In this document: piece after piece, positions 28,635 to 37,349 of the stretch
How positions within the stretch are numbered: the stretch's first letter is position 1
How the letters are laid out: the number at the start of each line of letters is the position of its first letter
Source of the DNA: a virus
Reading direction: 5' to 3' (one strand)
Virus record (IMG/VR): IMGVR_UViG_3300025639_000003
DNA: 64,000 nucleotides
Program-made: the position numbers and the translations under genes
Notes under the pieces: model-generated
The model's database searches: none
Told to the model about the DNA's origin: nothing
What the model saw: the letters and a program-made list of their open reading frames with translations, nothing else

Positions 28635-29426
28635 TTATTTAGTTGACAATTTCTCTACCATTTTATCCACTATAGTTTCCCATCGTGCGCCATATTTTGC
28701 TTTATAGTAGGATTCCTTTTCCATCAATTTAGATTTAGTTGAATCGATTTCCGATTGTTCAACTTTCGGATTAGTGTCAACTTCTTCCTTATCGTCAGAT
28801 TTATTTTTCCGATACTCAAGTTCTTTTTCGAGTTCATCATCACTCAAATCTCCAATTTTTCGAGTGTCAACATTATCTTCGGCATCATCCGACTTTTCGT
28901 CATCTGCATCATCTGACTTTTCATCTTCGTCATCATCTGACTTTTCGTCATCTGCATCCGAATTTTCATCTTCGTCATCATCTGACTTTTCGTCATCTGC
29001 ATCCGAATTTTCATCTTCGTCATCGTCATCGTCATCATCCATAACGTTAATATCAATATCTTCATCGGAAGTTTTATCTTTCTTGGCGTCAATTGCGTCA
29101 TCAGTAGCTGCACGACGCTTATGTAAATATTCGTCCGAATCGTCGACGTCACCATCATTATCAATATCTTTATCTGTTCTATCTACGAAATCCTTATCAA
29201 CCTCATCGTCATCAACAGGATCAAGTTTAGAATCTTTTTCAATTTCAGCTGCTAATCTTGCTGCTTCTTTTGATGCCTTTAATGCTAATTTAGAGGCATT
29301 GATTTTATCAATCGATTTATTATCACCTGCTTCAGCGGTCACTACAGACTTCACTGCATCAAGTAATGATTGGGTTAAGCCGAATCGGTTTTCACTAATT
29401 AAACTTTTATCTTTATTTGTTTTCAT
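28635..29426 (-). CDS. Highly acidic low-complexity protein (head-core-like)
   Basis: Asp/Glu-rich; SLLDAVKSV. Confidence 0.65.
   Translation of the reverse strand: MKTNKDKSLISENRFGLTQSLLDAVKSVVTAEAGDNKSIDKINASKLALKASKEAARLAAEIEKDSKLDPVDDDEVDKDFVDRTDKDIDNDGDVDDSDEYLHKRRAATDDAIDAKKDKTSDEDIDINVMDDDDDDDEDENSDADDEKSDDDEDENSDADDEKSDDDEDEKSDDADDEKSDDAEDNVDTRKIGDLSDDELEKELEYRKNKSDDKEEVDTNPKVEQSEIDSTKSKLMEKESYYKAKYGARWETIVDKMVEKLSTK
28936..29025. repeat. 45-bp tandem repeat x2 (44/45 identical) with degenerate flanking copies
   Basis: Encodes DDDEDENSDADDEKS. Confidence 0.9.
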
Positions 29427-29428
29427 TT

Positions 29429-30430
29429 TTAATCTACCTTAGATTTTATTTTGGGAGTTTCATTTTCAATTTCTTCTAGAATACCATCTAAATGCGCATA
29501 AAAAACTTCAACCACCATAGGATCAGTTTCCCAATCAAATGCGGATTCAGATTTTCCCCTTGCCGCTTTGAGTCGAGCAATTTCAGCCTTGCGAATTTTA
29601 GGTAACAATTTTTTAGCAATTTTAGGAATCGCAGCTGCTTTTTTGTCTACCAACTTATCAATCGCGATTTTCTGTGCGGTTGCTAATTTAGCATAATCCT
29701 CACCTTTATCTCCGGCAACTTTTTTACGCAATATATTTTTTGCTGCCTTCTTAGCACGATCCATTAATTTATCTGTATCCGCCATACGTTTAGCAGAAAC
29801 TTTCTTTTTACGCTGGAGTTTTGCTGCCATTTTTTTCATTAAACGTGATCGCATCATACGTTGTCTAGCATCTAAGGCTTCATTGATATTTTCTTTTTCC
29901 ATAATACTTCTAACCTCATTGTATATTTTTTTTGCTGATGATTTAATTTTTTTAGGGAGACCTGATTTAAATGCATTTAGATCTCCTTCCTTTGCTGCGG
30001 TTCGCATTTTAGAAGCAGACATGCCCTCTACGCCCTCCGCATCAGGATCCCTTTCCCCTGCAGACATAATTCGAATTGAATTGAATTTATAATCCTTTCC
30101 GTTATATTTTTTAATGAACCCCATACTTGATATTCTATCCGACCCAACAATCATAATAACGTCAGTATACCCTTGAGCCTCAAGTTCTTGAAGAATATCA
30201 ATAGGTGTTCGTGCATCCGACTTTACAACAATCTTACCAAATGCAGTCGACGCATATTTAAATTTTGAATTATAATCTAGTGGGTCTTTTTTGTTATTTT
30301 GGGTGTGAGATAAATATAGTTTAGAATCTGCATTATTCTTCTTAGATACAGAATCAACTTTATCTACTAATTTTTGATGCCCTATCGTTGGAGGATTCAA
30401 TCTACCGAACGCAAATACAACTTTTTTCAT
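29429..30430 (-). CDS. HIGH-family nucleotidyltransferase (cytidylyltransferase-like) with basic C-terminal domain
   Basis: FGRLNPPTIGH, VGSDR, SAGERDPD, MSASKMR. Confidence 0.85.
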   Translation of the reverse strand: MKKVVFAFGRLNPPTIGHQKLVDKVDSVSKKNNADSKLYLSHTQNNKKDPLDYNSKFKYASTAFGKIVVKSDARTPIDILQELEAQGYTDVIMIVGSDRISSMGFIKKYNGKDYKFNSIRIMSAGERDPDAEGVEGMSASKMRTAAKEGDLNAFKSGLPKKIKSSAKKIYNEVRSIMEKENINEALDARQRMMRSRLMKKMAAKLQRKKKVSAKRMADTDKLMDRAKKAAKNILRKKVAGDKGEDYAKLATAQKIAIDKLVDKKAAAIPKIAKKLLPKIRKAEIARLKAARGKSESAFDWETDPMVVEVFYAHLDGILEEIENETPKIKSKVD

Positions 30431-30512
30431 ATGGAATCGCCTAAAATATTACTTTACTTGTGGTCAACATAACGGTATAATTAGGATGCCGCCTGTTAAA
30501 TATATGTTCAAG

Positions 30513-30520
30513 TATTTATA
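30513..30520 (-). promoter_or_regulatory. T4-type late promoter TATAAATA
   Basis: Exact consensus upstream of 30430. Confidence 0.6.
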
Positions 30521-30529
30521 AAATTAACG

Positions 30530-31561
30530 TTATACTATAAACGTTGATACTCCAGCAATTGATAATAATAAGGCTACCCACATCATTAATGCCATATAAT
30601 ATGTTGAATATGGTGTCCCGAAATATCTATTACCTAAAAGTACACACTTATGAGTCGGGGATATAAGGTATGCAGAGTAATCTACAGCAAAGAACCATAA
30701 GAAATATTCAATCCCAAATATTTGAGCCATCAATACTGCTATAGCAACAAACTTCCCACTAGACCCCATCAAAAAACTAGAAACGAATCCAATAGCAGTA
30801 ATCCCAATCATACCAAATATATCATTAGGATCTAAACCTATATTAATAATATTTTCCTTAAATTCATTATTATAGGTTTGAAAGAATGCACTACAAATGA
30901 TAACAACACCAACAATAAGTAAAACGTCAATATTAATATAATCTAAAAGTTTCTTTGGACTCCACGTGGAAGTCAACGCCATATAATATATGGCTAGAAC
31001 TCCGAATGTTATGTAGAAGTTTTCACTGAAAACATATCCGATAATTGCAGCAACCATCGGGAATACATCGCGAATTACAGCTAACCTATCAGGAGTAGTT
31101 TGTACAATGTTAATATCAGTTTCATCAATTCTACTCCAAATATACCAACCAATGAATAAAAATGTTCCAATCAAAAGAGGGTATATCTGAACTATCCATG
31201 CAGTGTATGAAATGCCAAATGTAGCAATAGGGATAATTACGGTTTTTTCTAACGGCGACCACATATAATAGTGGTGCGTTGCCAAATAATCTACTATTCC
31301 ATATTTTTGACGTTTCTTTGGGTCTTTTGGCGCAATCGTATCAAGTAATCCTGCCGATATAGTCACCCTACCAGATATTGGAAGTATTCCCCCAATCATC
31401 GATAAAATAATTAATACGATTTTATTACTTTTAAATATAGTTCTAATTAAGTTATATACTGGGGCGAAAAGGTTATGTTCCTTTGCGATCCCTGCTGCAA
31501 TCATAACAAATACAATCATCCATAAGTAATGTAATGATCCTGCAACTTCAATAAACTCCAT
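30530..31561 (-). CDS. Polytopic membrane protein (possibly ion-transporter superfamily)
   Basis: About 10 hydrophobic segments; GGILPISGR, SPTHKC. Confidence 0.7.
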   Translation of the reverse strand: MEFIEVAGSLHYLWMIVFVMIAAGIAKEHNLFAPVYNLIRTIFKSNKIVLIILSMIGGILPISGRVTISAGLLDTIAPKDPKKRQKYGIVDYLATHHYYMWSPLEKTVIIPIATFGISYTAWIVQIYPLLIGTFLFIGWYIWSRIDETDINIVQTTPDRLAVIRDVFPMVAAIIGYVFSENFYITFGVLAIYYMALTSTWSPKKLLDYINIDVLLIVGVVIICSAFFQTYNNEFKENIINIGLDPNDIFGMIGITAIGFVSSFLMGSSGKFVAIAVLMAQIFGIEYFLWFFAVDYSAYLISPTHKCVLLGNRYFGTPYSTYYMALMMWVALLLSIAGVSTFIV

Positions 31562-31589
31562 TGATAATCCTTCATAAATTATATTGGTG

Positions 31590-32816
31590 CTAACTCCACC
31601 CTTTAATCACATCACTACTGAAATTCGCTTTACTAAATTCCATTCGGTTGACTAGCTTCAATGCGCCACCTTTGCGGTCGATACCAACATATCCTTCAGG
31701 AGCAGTAACCTCAAAGCCGTTAACTGTCTTCAAGAATGTGCCTACCGTGCTCGCTTGATCTAGTTTAGCAATAATTATATCCTTTGCATCTATTATATAG
31801 TTCATCATCGTAAAGATGCCTTCTAGATTCTTTTTGTTAGCAGTAGAAAAATATTTCAGTATCTTATCTCGTTTATCGTATTGAACAGACTTCCCCTTTT
31901 CAGTTTTTCGTTTATCTGCCTCTTTTACATAAAATGCTGTAATATAATTGACAAGATCTTTTACATGTCTAGAAACGTTAGTAACTCTTTCGCCAGCTCT
32001 TACTTTCGTGTTATAATGGGTCTTAACTTTTTGTAATAAATCTGGATCATCAGATATCTGATTTAATGTAGATGCATCCAGTCTTTTAAACTGTTTACCT
32101 GCAGCAGAAAGTAATGAGGTTATTTTATCAGTTTCTTTTTTCGTGAACGTCGCCTTACCTGACACATCACTGAAATGCGCATCAACCGACCAAACATTTC
32201 GTGAAGTTGATAATTTGCCTGCAATATCTTTACCGAAACTGGCTGTCATATTTTCAATAGAGTCGCCAGTATAAGTGGTATGCCAAACAATACCTAATTT
32301 GCTTGAACGTATAGTTTTTCCAAGATCCGAAGAAAACGGAATAGTGTATACTATAGTATTTGGGTGGAATGTAATCATCTTTTCCCCCTCTATAGTTTCA
32401 GTCTTTAAGTCGTCTTTTGAATATAAAAAGTCGCCTTGATATACACCAGACGTGATACCCAACTCAGGGAGATGTTTGAGTGCAAGTTTAAGTTTAGATG
32501 CCAATTCCCCAGAAGTATCAGCATCAACATCATCATCTGACTTATAAAACTTTGGATTCTTAGCGAATAAACCTTTCTTGGCTACAAAAAATTCTCCATC
32601 AGCTGGATCGATACCAGCAAATACCGCAGGTGCGCCATCCCACTTTACTGTGACATTAACCGCACTATCCGAATTTCCCGCAAGCATATCACGAAGATTT
32701 CGTAAAAGGTTTATGGCATCTCTTGCACCATTAACCCCACCATTGAGAACTGCATCTTCTAGATGCTCCATATGAGTATTCTTTTGTTCCGTCAGGAAGT
32801 TGCTAAATTTTTTCAT
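31590..32816 (-). CDS. DUF6267-like protein with KxDG ligase-type motif
   Basis: THMEHLED, TVKWDGAPA, YQGD, EGYV, KLVNRMEFS; leader MKKFSNFLTE. Confidence 0.7.
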   Translation of the reverse strand: MKKFSNFLTEQKNTHMEHLEDAVLNGGVNGARDAINLLRNLRDMLAGNSDSAVNVTVKWDGAPAVFAGIDPADGEFFVAKKGLFAKNPKFYKSDDDVDADTSGELASKLKLALKHLPELGITSGVYQGDFLYSKDDLKTETIEGEKMITFHPNTIVYTIPFSSDLGKTIRSSKLGIVWHTTYTGDSIENMTASFGKDIAGKLSTSRNVWSVDAHFSDVSGKATFTKKETDKITSLLSAAGKQFKRLDASTLNQISDDPDLLQKVKTHYNTKVRAGERVTNVSRHVKDLVNYITAFYVKEADKRKTEKGKSVQYDKRDKILKYFSTANKKNLEGIFTMMNYIIDAKDIIIAKLDQASTVGTFLKTVNGFEVTAPEGYVGIDRKGGALKLVNRMEFSKANFSSDVIKGWS

Positions 32817-32817
32817 T

Positions 32818-34110
32818 TTATTTAATCTTTAGATACATTGAGTTTTTATCCGAAACTTTCATAGAAGCAAAAAAACCAAATTTGATTGTCTCTTCGAAGT
32901 TTTCCATTATAAACTTTAAGAAGTCGGCACATGTTATGTAACGTTGTTGGAACAGCTTGTCCATTTTTATGAAGTCGGGTTCCCAGAGAACATCATTATC
33001 TTTTTTAACAATAACATGTTTGTACTTATTATATATCGATAACGCTCCTTCCAATAGGATCTTAGTTGGCGATATATCTGTACCATTAGGAACTTTTCCG
33101 CCACTATATGCATCCCAAGTATTCTTATCAATAGCACCCATAGCAAAATTTTCCTTCTTCATGGTTCCTTCATAAAATAAATTAGGATTAGTTTTTGCTG
33201 CTCTGGCATTAGCTTTAAATGTGAATCCAGACTTAGTTTCAACAAATACAGATTTACAAGTTCCGGCGATTTGTACTCGGTTCAGTGAAAAATCGTAATC
33301 TAACTTTCGTTTTTTATATTTAATGGGTTCGATTAGTTCTATAGATGACTTACCCGATGCCTGTTTTAATGAAATAGGAACGATATTCTTAGTAACATAA
33401 TTTTTACGAATCCAAAGATTTAGTTCTTGGATATGCTTCATTTCCTTTAGATCACTATCTATATTTCCCACAAATGCTGTATTGAATAGCCATATATCGG
33501 CAGGATTCCAATTATCGGCAGAAGCAGGTGCACCTAGAATCTTAGCTTTGGCGTAAATTTTAGCTGAATTTACATCCCCCTGAAACTCAAAAACCATATC
33601 TCCCATTCTTTTAATTTTTCTGAATGAAATTAATTGTAGGATTGCGCTGGAGTAATATAAGGACTTGTAAACTGATGAGTCTGCATCCCAATCAGGCAAT
33701 TGCTTAATAGCAGATTCTTCGTCAAGTGTGCTACCCGATTCATGATAGTGTTTGAAGATTATAAGCGATAATGCTTCTTTACAACGAGTAGTCTTATGCG
33801 TATCCGATTTTCCTCCACCAGCATGATTGAAATAATTATTAATCGATTTGGCAGAACCGACTAATTTAATAATCTTGCCGTCAGTTTTAATGAAAACTGA
33901 ATCCTCACCCTTTCCAACTTTCAATTCTTCCGCTTCATCATTTGGTGCAGCCAATTCTATATCTTTCCCCATAGAACCTTTTACTAATTTATTTGCCGTT
34001 TTTCTCAACACCAATTTGTGTCCAGGACCATATTCTGTCTGGTTAACTATAGTTGCTTCGTCTAGCTTAAATGTTGAGAGGAATCGAGTGAAAGGTAATA
34101 AAGTAGCCAT
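32818..34110 (-). CDS. Hypothetical protein, possible PD-(D/E)xK nuclease fold
   Basis: DNWNPADIWL...PISLK. Confidence 0.5.
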   Translation of the reverse strand: MATLLPFTRFLSTFKLDEATIVNQTEYGPGHKLVLRKTANKLVKGSMGKDIELAAPNDEAEELKVGKGEDSVFIKTDGKIIKLVGSAKSINNYFNHAGGGKSDTHKTTRCKEALSLIIFKHYHESGSTLDEESAIKQLPDWDADSSVYKSLYYSSAILQLISFRKIKRMGDMVFEFQGDVNSAKIYAKAKILGAPASADNWNPADIWLFNTAFVGNIDSDLKEMKHIQELNLWIRKNYVTKNIVPISLKQASGKSSIELIEPIKYKKRKLDYDFSLNRVQIAGTCKSVFVETKSGFTFKANARAAKTNPNLFYEGTMKKENFAMGAIDKNTWDAYSGGKVPNGTDISPTKILLEGALSIYNKYKHVIVKKDNDVLWEPDFIKMDKLFQQRYITCADFLKFIMENFEETIKFGFFASMKVSDKNSMYLKIK

Positions 34111-34143
34111 GAATATGCAGCCTGTAGTTAAGTGTAATATTAT

Positions 34144-34151
34144 TATTTATA
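34144..34151 (-). promoter_or_regulatory. T4-type late promoter TATAAATA
   Basis: Exact consensus upstream of 34110. Confidence 0.6.
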
Positions 34152-34167
34152 CCATTGCATTATGCAT

Positions 34168-34192
34168 AAAAAAGGGGAACAAAAAGTTCCCC
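34168..34192 (-). terminator. Rho-independent terminator
   Basis: GGGGAAC/GTTCCCC stem followed by a T-run on the minus strand. Confidence 0.8.
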
Positions 34193-34222
34193 TATCGTAC
34201 TCAGATTAGCTTAAAAGGTATA

Positions 34223-35407
34223 TTATTGAACTTGAAGTTCAACTGCTACGATACCATCTTTAGTATATTTTTTATGTTTTCCTGTAGCTTTAGCTTCAAT
34301 GAATGAGTCTACAATTTTAAGTTCGCAGTCATATTCATTTTTGAAGTATTCATAATAACTTCCTTTAGGAGACCAATTAGATACAAGATCTTTGAGTGCT
34401 TTATCTCCAGTAAAATAGAATGAATCAAAGTATACAAAGTTTTTACCTTTCGTGTATACTTGAAGTTTTGCATCTGGACCCCAATCATCTTCATTTTTCA
34501 TCAATTTAACGATATCAGATGCTTTGAGTTTCTTTGCTTCAGTAATTACTGAGTCAATCAGATTTTCCTTTCCCATTTTAGCTAAAGCAGCTTCTACTTC
34601 TTTATCGGACACCTTTTTCATTTTAATGATTTTCTCAGCTCTTTTTGGGTCTTTTCTAAAATTCTGGACACCATCGTATTGTCTAATACGAAGGAAATCG
34701 TTGATCAACTTGAATTGTGCCATAGGGGAAAGTTTAGAAACAGCTGATTCTTCTAATTGCTCACTCAACCCTCTTTTTTTCATTTCCTTTTCAACTTTCT
34801 TTAGCATGAATTTCGTAGAAGGAGCATCCTGATCAAGATCTTTAAATTGTTTGAGTACTGCCTTTAATTTATCGTCAGTGTATTTGGATGTGTCATTCCT
34901 TCCTTCATCCAGCTCAATAGATTCTTTAAATTGTAATGCGGTTCCCTTATGATTCCACCATGTCTCATCACCATTAATGGTACTTGACATTTTCTTTTCT
35001 GAAAACCGATCTTTGAGTTTTTTCTTAAAGAATTCAATTGCTGCATCCGATGGCGAACTTTCTTCCGTTATATCTCCCATAACGTGTGCATCATCAATAT
35101 CAAAAATCTCATTCACATGTTCTTCTATTTCATCGGACTCAACAACAATCTTATTTTTCTTGCGCCAAAATAATACAGTAGCAGCATCATTAACCTCATC
35201 TGCGTACTTACCTGCTTTCTTACCCTCAGGATTCGCTTTCATTGCATCAGATGCATCCTTTTGGATATACTTTAGGGAAGCATCAGGAAGATCCCAAAAC
35301 CTGACATTCTCAATATGAGAACCGCCACGAGGTCGACCATCTCCTGGGATCCATGTAGTGGCTTCATTTAAATTTATTTGTTTTATTATGTCTTTAAATT
35401 TTATCAT
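34223..35407 (-). CDS. Multi-module probable capsid-internal protein
   Basis: Several (L/I)xE sites: LNE|A, LDE|G, LEE|S, ITE|A. Confidence 0.55.
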   Translation of the reverse strand: MIKFKDIIKQINLNEATTWIPGDGRPRGGSHIENVRFWDLPDASLKYIQKDASDAMKANPEGKKAGKYADEVNDAATVLFWRKKNKIVVESDEIEEHVNEIFDIDDAHVMGDITEESSPSDAAIEFFKKKLKDRFSEKKMSSTINGDETWWNHKGTALQFKESIELDEGRNDTSKYTDDKLKAVLKQFKDLDQDAPSTKFMLKKVEKEMKKRGLSEQLEESAVSKLSPMAQFKLINDFLRIRQYDGVQNFRKDPKRAEKIIKMKKVSDKEVEAALAKMGKENLIDSVITEAKKLKASDIVKLMKNEDDWGPDAKLQVYTKGKNFVYFDSFYFTGDKALKDLVSNWSPKGSYYEYFKNEYDCELKIVDSFIEAKATGKHKKYTKDGIVAVELQVQ

Positions 35408-35835
35408 TTGATAATCCCGAATGTTACGATGCCATCTTCTCTGGCTTGTATAATTTTTATGTTCATTGATTTCAGAAATGCTATAACTTTTTCTGAACCG
35501 ATTTTGTGTAAAAACTTAGGTAATAGTAATTCTTTACTGCCCCCACCAAAATGCTCAATAGCCGCATCCCAAAGTTTTTGTTGTTTAGTATTACGTGGCA
35601 AGGTTTCTACGGATTTTAACAGATCAAGTATGTTGCCCACAACGTTGATCTCAGGTATGATCAACCGTCTACCTTTGAGACTGTATTCAACCTTAGATAT
35701 TTTGTCACCATAAGTTGAGGCTAATTTTTTCGAGGGTGTAATCCACGTAATACCTTTATCATTAGGTGTTGATGGATCTATATCCGGAGCATGTCCTCTA
35801 TAATAGGTCGATTCAAAGGCTTTAAATTGTTTCAT
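35404..35835 (-). CDS. Possible ADP-ribosyltransferase-like protein
   Basis: YYRG...WITPSKKLASTYG; leader MKQFKAFE. Confidence 0.4.
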   Translation of the reverse strand: MKQFKAFESTYYRGHAPDIDPSTPNDKGITWITPSKKLASTYGDKISKVEYSLKGRRLIIPEINVVGNILDLLKSVETLPRNTKQQKLWDAAIEHFGGGSKELLLPKFLHKIGSEKVIAFLKSMNIKIIQAREDGIVTFGIIK

Positions 35836-35844
35836 TTAAATTCC

Positions 35845-36033
35845 CTAGACATAGAATATATTCCATATATTATGTAAAATCCACGTGGCAATACTTGCTC
35901 CAATGACCGCAAGACCCATATAGACTAACATTTCCCATACTACAGCTCTAGCTGCCCATGCATTAGCTAGAAACGTGCCGATGCCCTTATAGAGATACCA
36001 AATTTGTTCAAATACTTTCGTAATCATAAGCAC
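35845..36033 (-). CDS. Small membrane protein
   Basis: Hydrophobic segments. Confidence 0.45.
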   Translation of the reverse strand: MLMITKVFEQIWYLYKGIGTFLANAWAARAVVWEMLVYMGLAVIGASIATWILHNIWNIFYV

Positions 36034-36241
36034 AATCGCCCTTTGAATTCAGAACAGAATGGATTCTTACCACACCAAGGAATTCATACATATTTCTCAT
36101 ATTATTGGATGAGACAGAATCGTCATAATAACAAACCATTCTCTTATTTTTATACTGCGCTTTTAGGTGCGCTTTAACTAGAGAATGAAATAATCCCTCT
36201 TCTAATCTGCCTTCATTGAGTATTGTTTTAAATGATTTCAT
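36008..36241 (-). CDS. Small probable capsid-internal protein
   Basis: Leader MKSFKTILNE. Confidence 0.55.
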   Translation of the reverse strand: MKSFKTILNEGRLEEGLFHSLVKAHLKAQYKNKRMVCYYDDSVSSNNMRNMYEFLGVVRIHSVLNSKGDCAYDYESI

Positions 36242-36253
36242 TTCTCTTAACCT

Positions 36254-36502
36254 TTATTTATATTGATATGACACTGGCACATCTTCAGGACTATTAAATT
36301 TCTTAGCCTCTTTCTTTATACCTTGAAGTGACTTAATAATATCATTTAATGATTTTACATTAAAGTCATTACCGTTCTTCTGAGAACTATAAAAACTCTC
36401 AAATGCTTGCTTAACTGAATATAACTCATTACCTATGACATGACCTGGAAGTCTCATAAACGATTCTTCAAGAGGCAATTTTAATTCTTTATATGATTTC
36501 AT
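36254..36502 (-). CDS. Small probable capsid-internal protein
   Basis: Leader MKSYKELKLPLEE. Confidence 0.55.
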   Translation of the reverse strand: MKSYKELKLPLEESFMRLPGHVIGNELYSVKQAFESFYSSQKNGNDFNVKSLNDIIKSLQGIKKEAKKFNSPEDVPVSYQYK

Positions 36503-36664
36503 CGATTATATTTCCTTTTTTAAATTCTTTAACGTTTTTTTTCCTCAGATTATTATAACATATAATCTTAGGCATCCTATAATACTGTATAGGTTTGGCA
36601 ATTTTAAGTTTATTTATTGCTAGTATCATAAGTTGTATTTATACTCGTTTCAATTTATAGGGAT

Positions 36665-36693
36665 ACTATAGCTCATTTTTACCAGAAAGTAAA
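36665..36693 (-). promoter_or_regulatory. Sigma70-type promoter TTTACT-N17-TATAGT
   Basis: Hexamers and spacing. Confidence 0.6.
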
Positions 36694-36701
36694 GGTTTAT
36701 T

Positions 36702-36977
36702 TTAATCTTCTTCACACATACAGCTTCGTCCTCTACCAAGAACTTCGATGTATTTTTCGCCATCTTTTTTATATCTTTTTACAACCTGCAGTTGATATCC
36801 AGTATAATGTATTGAAGCATCATTGTATTCTTCGAAATCGGTTGCGGGAATGGATGCAGTAAATTTTGTATTCCGATCATTTTGATCCAAATCTTTTGTT
36901 AAGTAATTAAATTTATTAATAAGATTAGCTTCACAACTATAAGCATTAGCATACTTAGTAATTTCATCAATATCCAT
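36702..36977 (-). CDS. Hypothetical protein
   Basis: ORF with upstream GAGGG SD. Confidence 0.5.
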   Translation of the reverse strand: MDIDEITKYANAYSCEANLINKFNYLTKDLDQNDRNTKFTASIPATDFEEYNDASIHYTGYQLQVVKRYKKDGEKYIEVLGRGRSCMCEED

Positions 36978-36995
36978 TATAATTTGCCCTCTATG

Positions 36996-37232
36996 TTAAG
37001 TGATTATCACAAGATTGAGCATGTGGTAGATTCCGCCCCCAGATCCAATCTTAGGGAATTTGATATGTGCCAATTCTGATGATATGATGTCATTAATGAT
37101 GCCTTCATCCGTAGTCTTAAATTGGTGCTCATCATACTTAACACGAACTTTAGTTCCTATCCCAACTTTCCATCTCTCAAAGAATTCGCGAAGCATATCT
37201 GTACGTTCTTTTTCTTTTTCTCTCGGATTCAT
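36996..37232 (-). CDS. Hypothetical protein
   Basis: ORF track. Confidence 0.5.
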   Translation of the reverse strand: MNPREKEKERTDMLREFFERWKVGIGTKVRVKYDEHQFKTTDEGIINDIISSELAHIKFPKIGSGGGIYHMLNLVIIT

Positions 37233-37349
37233 ATTACTATTTTCCCCATCGTTATAACCATCATTCCGATGGTGTATATAAAATATGACACTATGCTAGT
37301 TTCCATAGAGATACTAAATTTTCCGCCATACCATATTATTAGCACATTA

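Noticed and set aside
28774-29442. Ser-rich plus-strand ORF and the Met-rich frame at 28844-29164
   Set aside because: Shadows of the acidic repeat gene.
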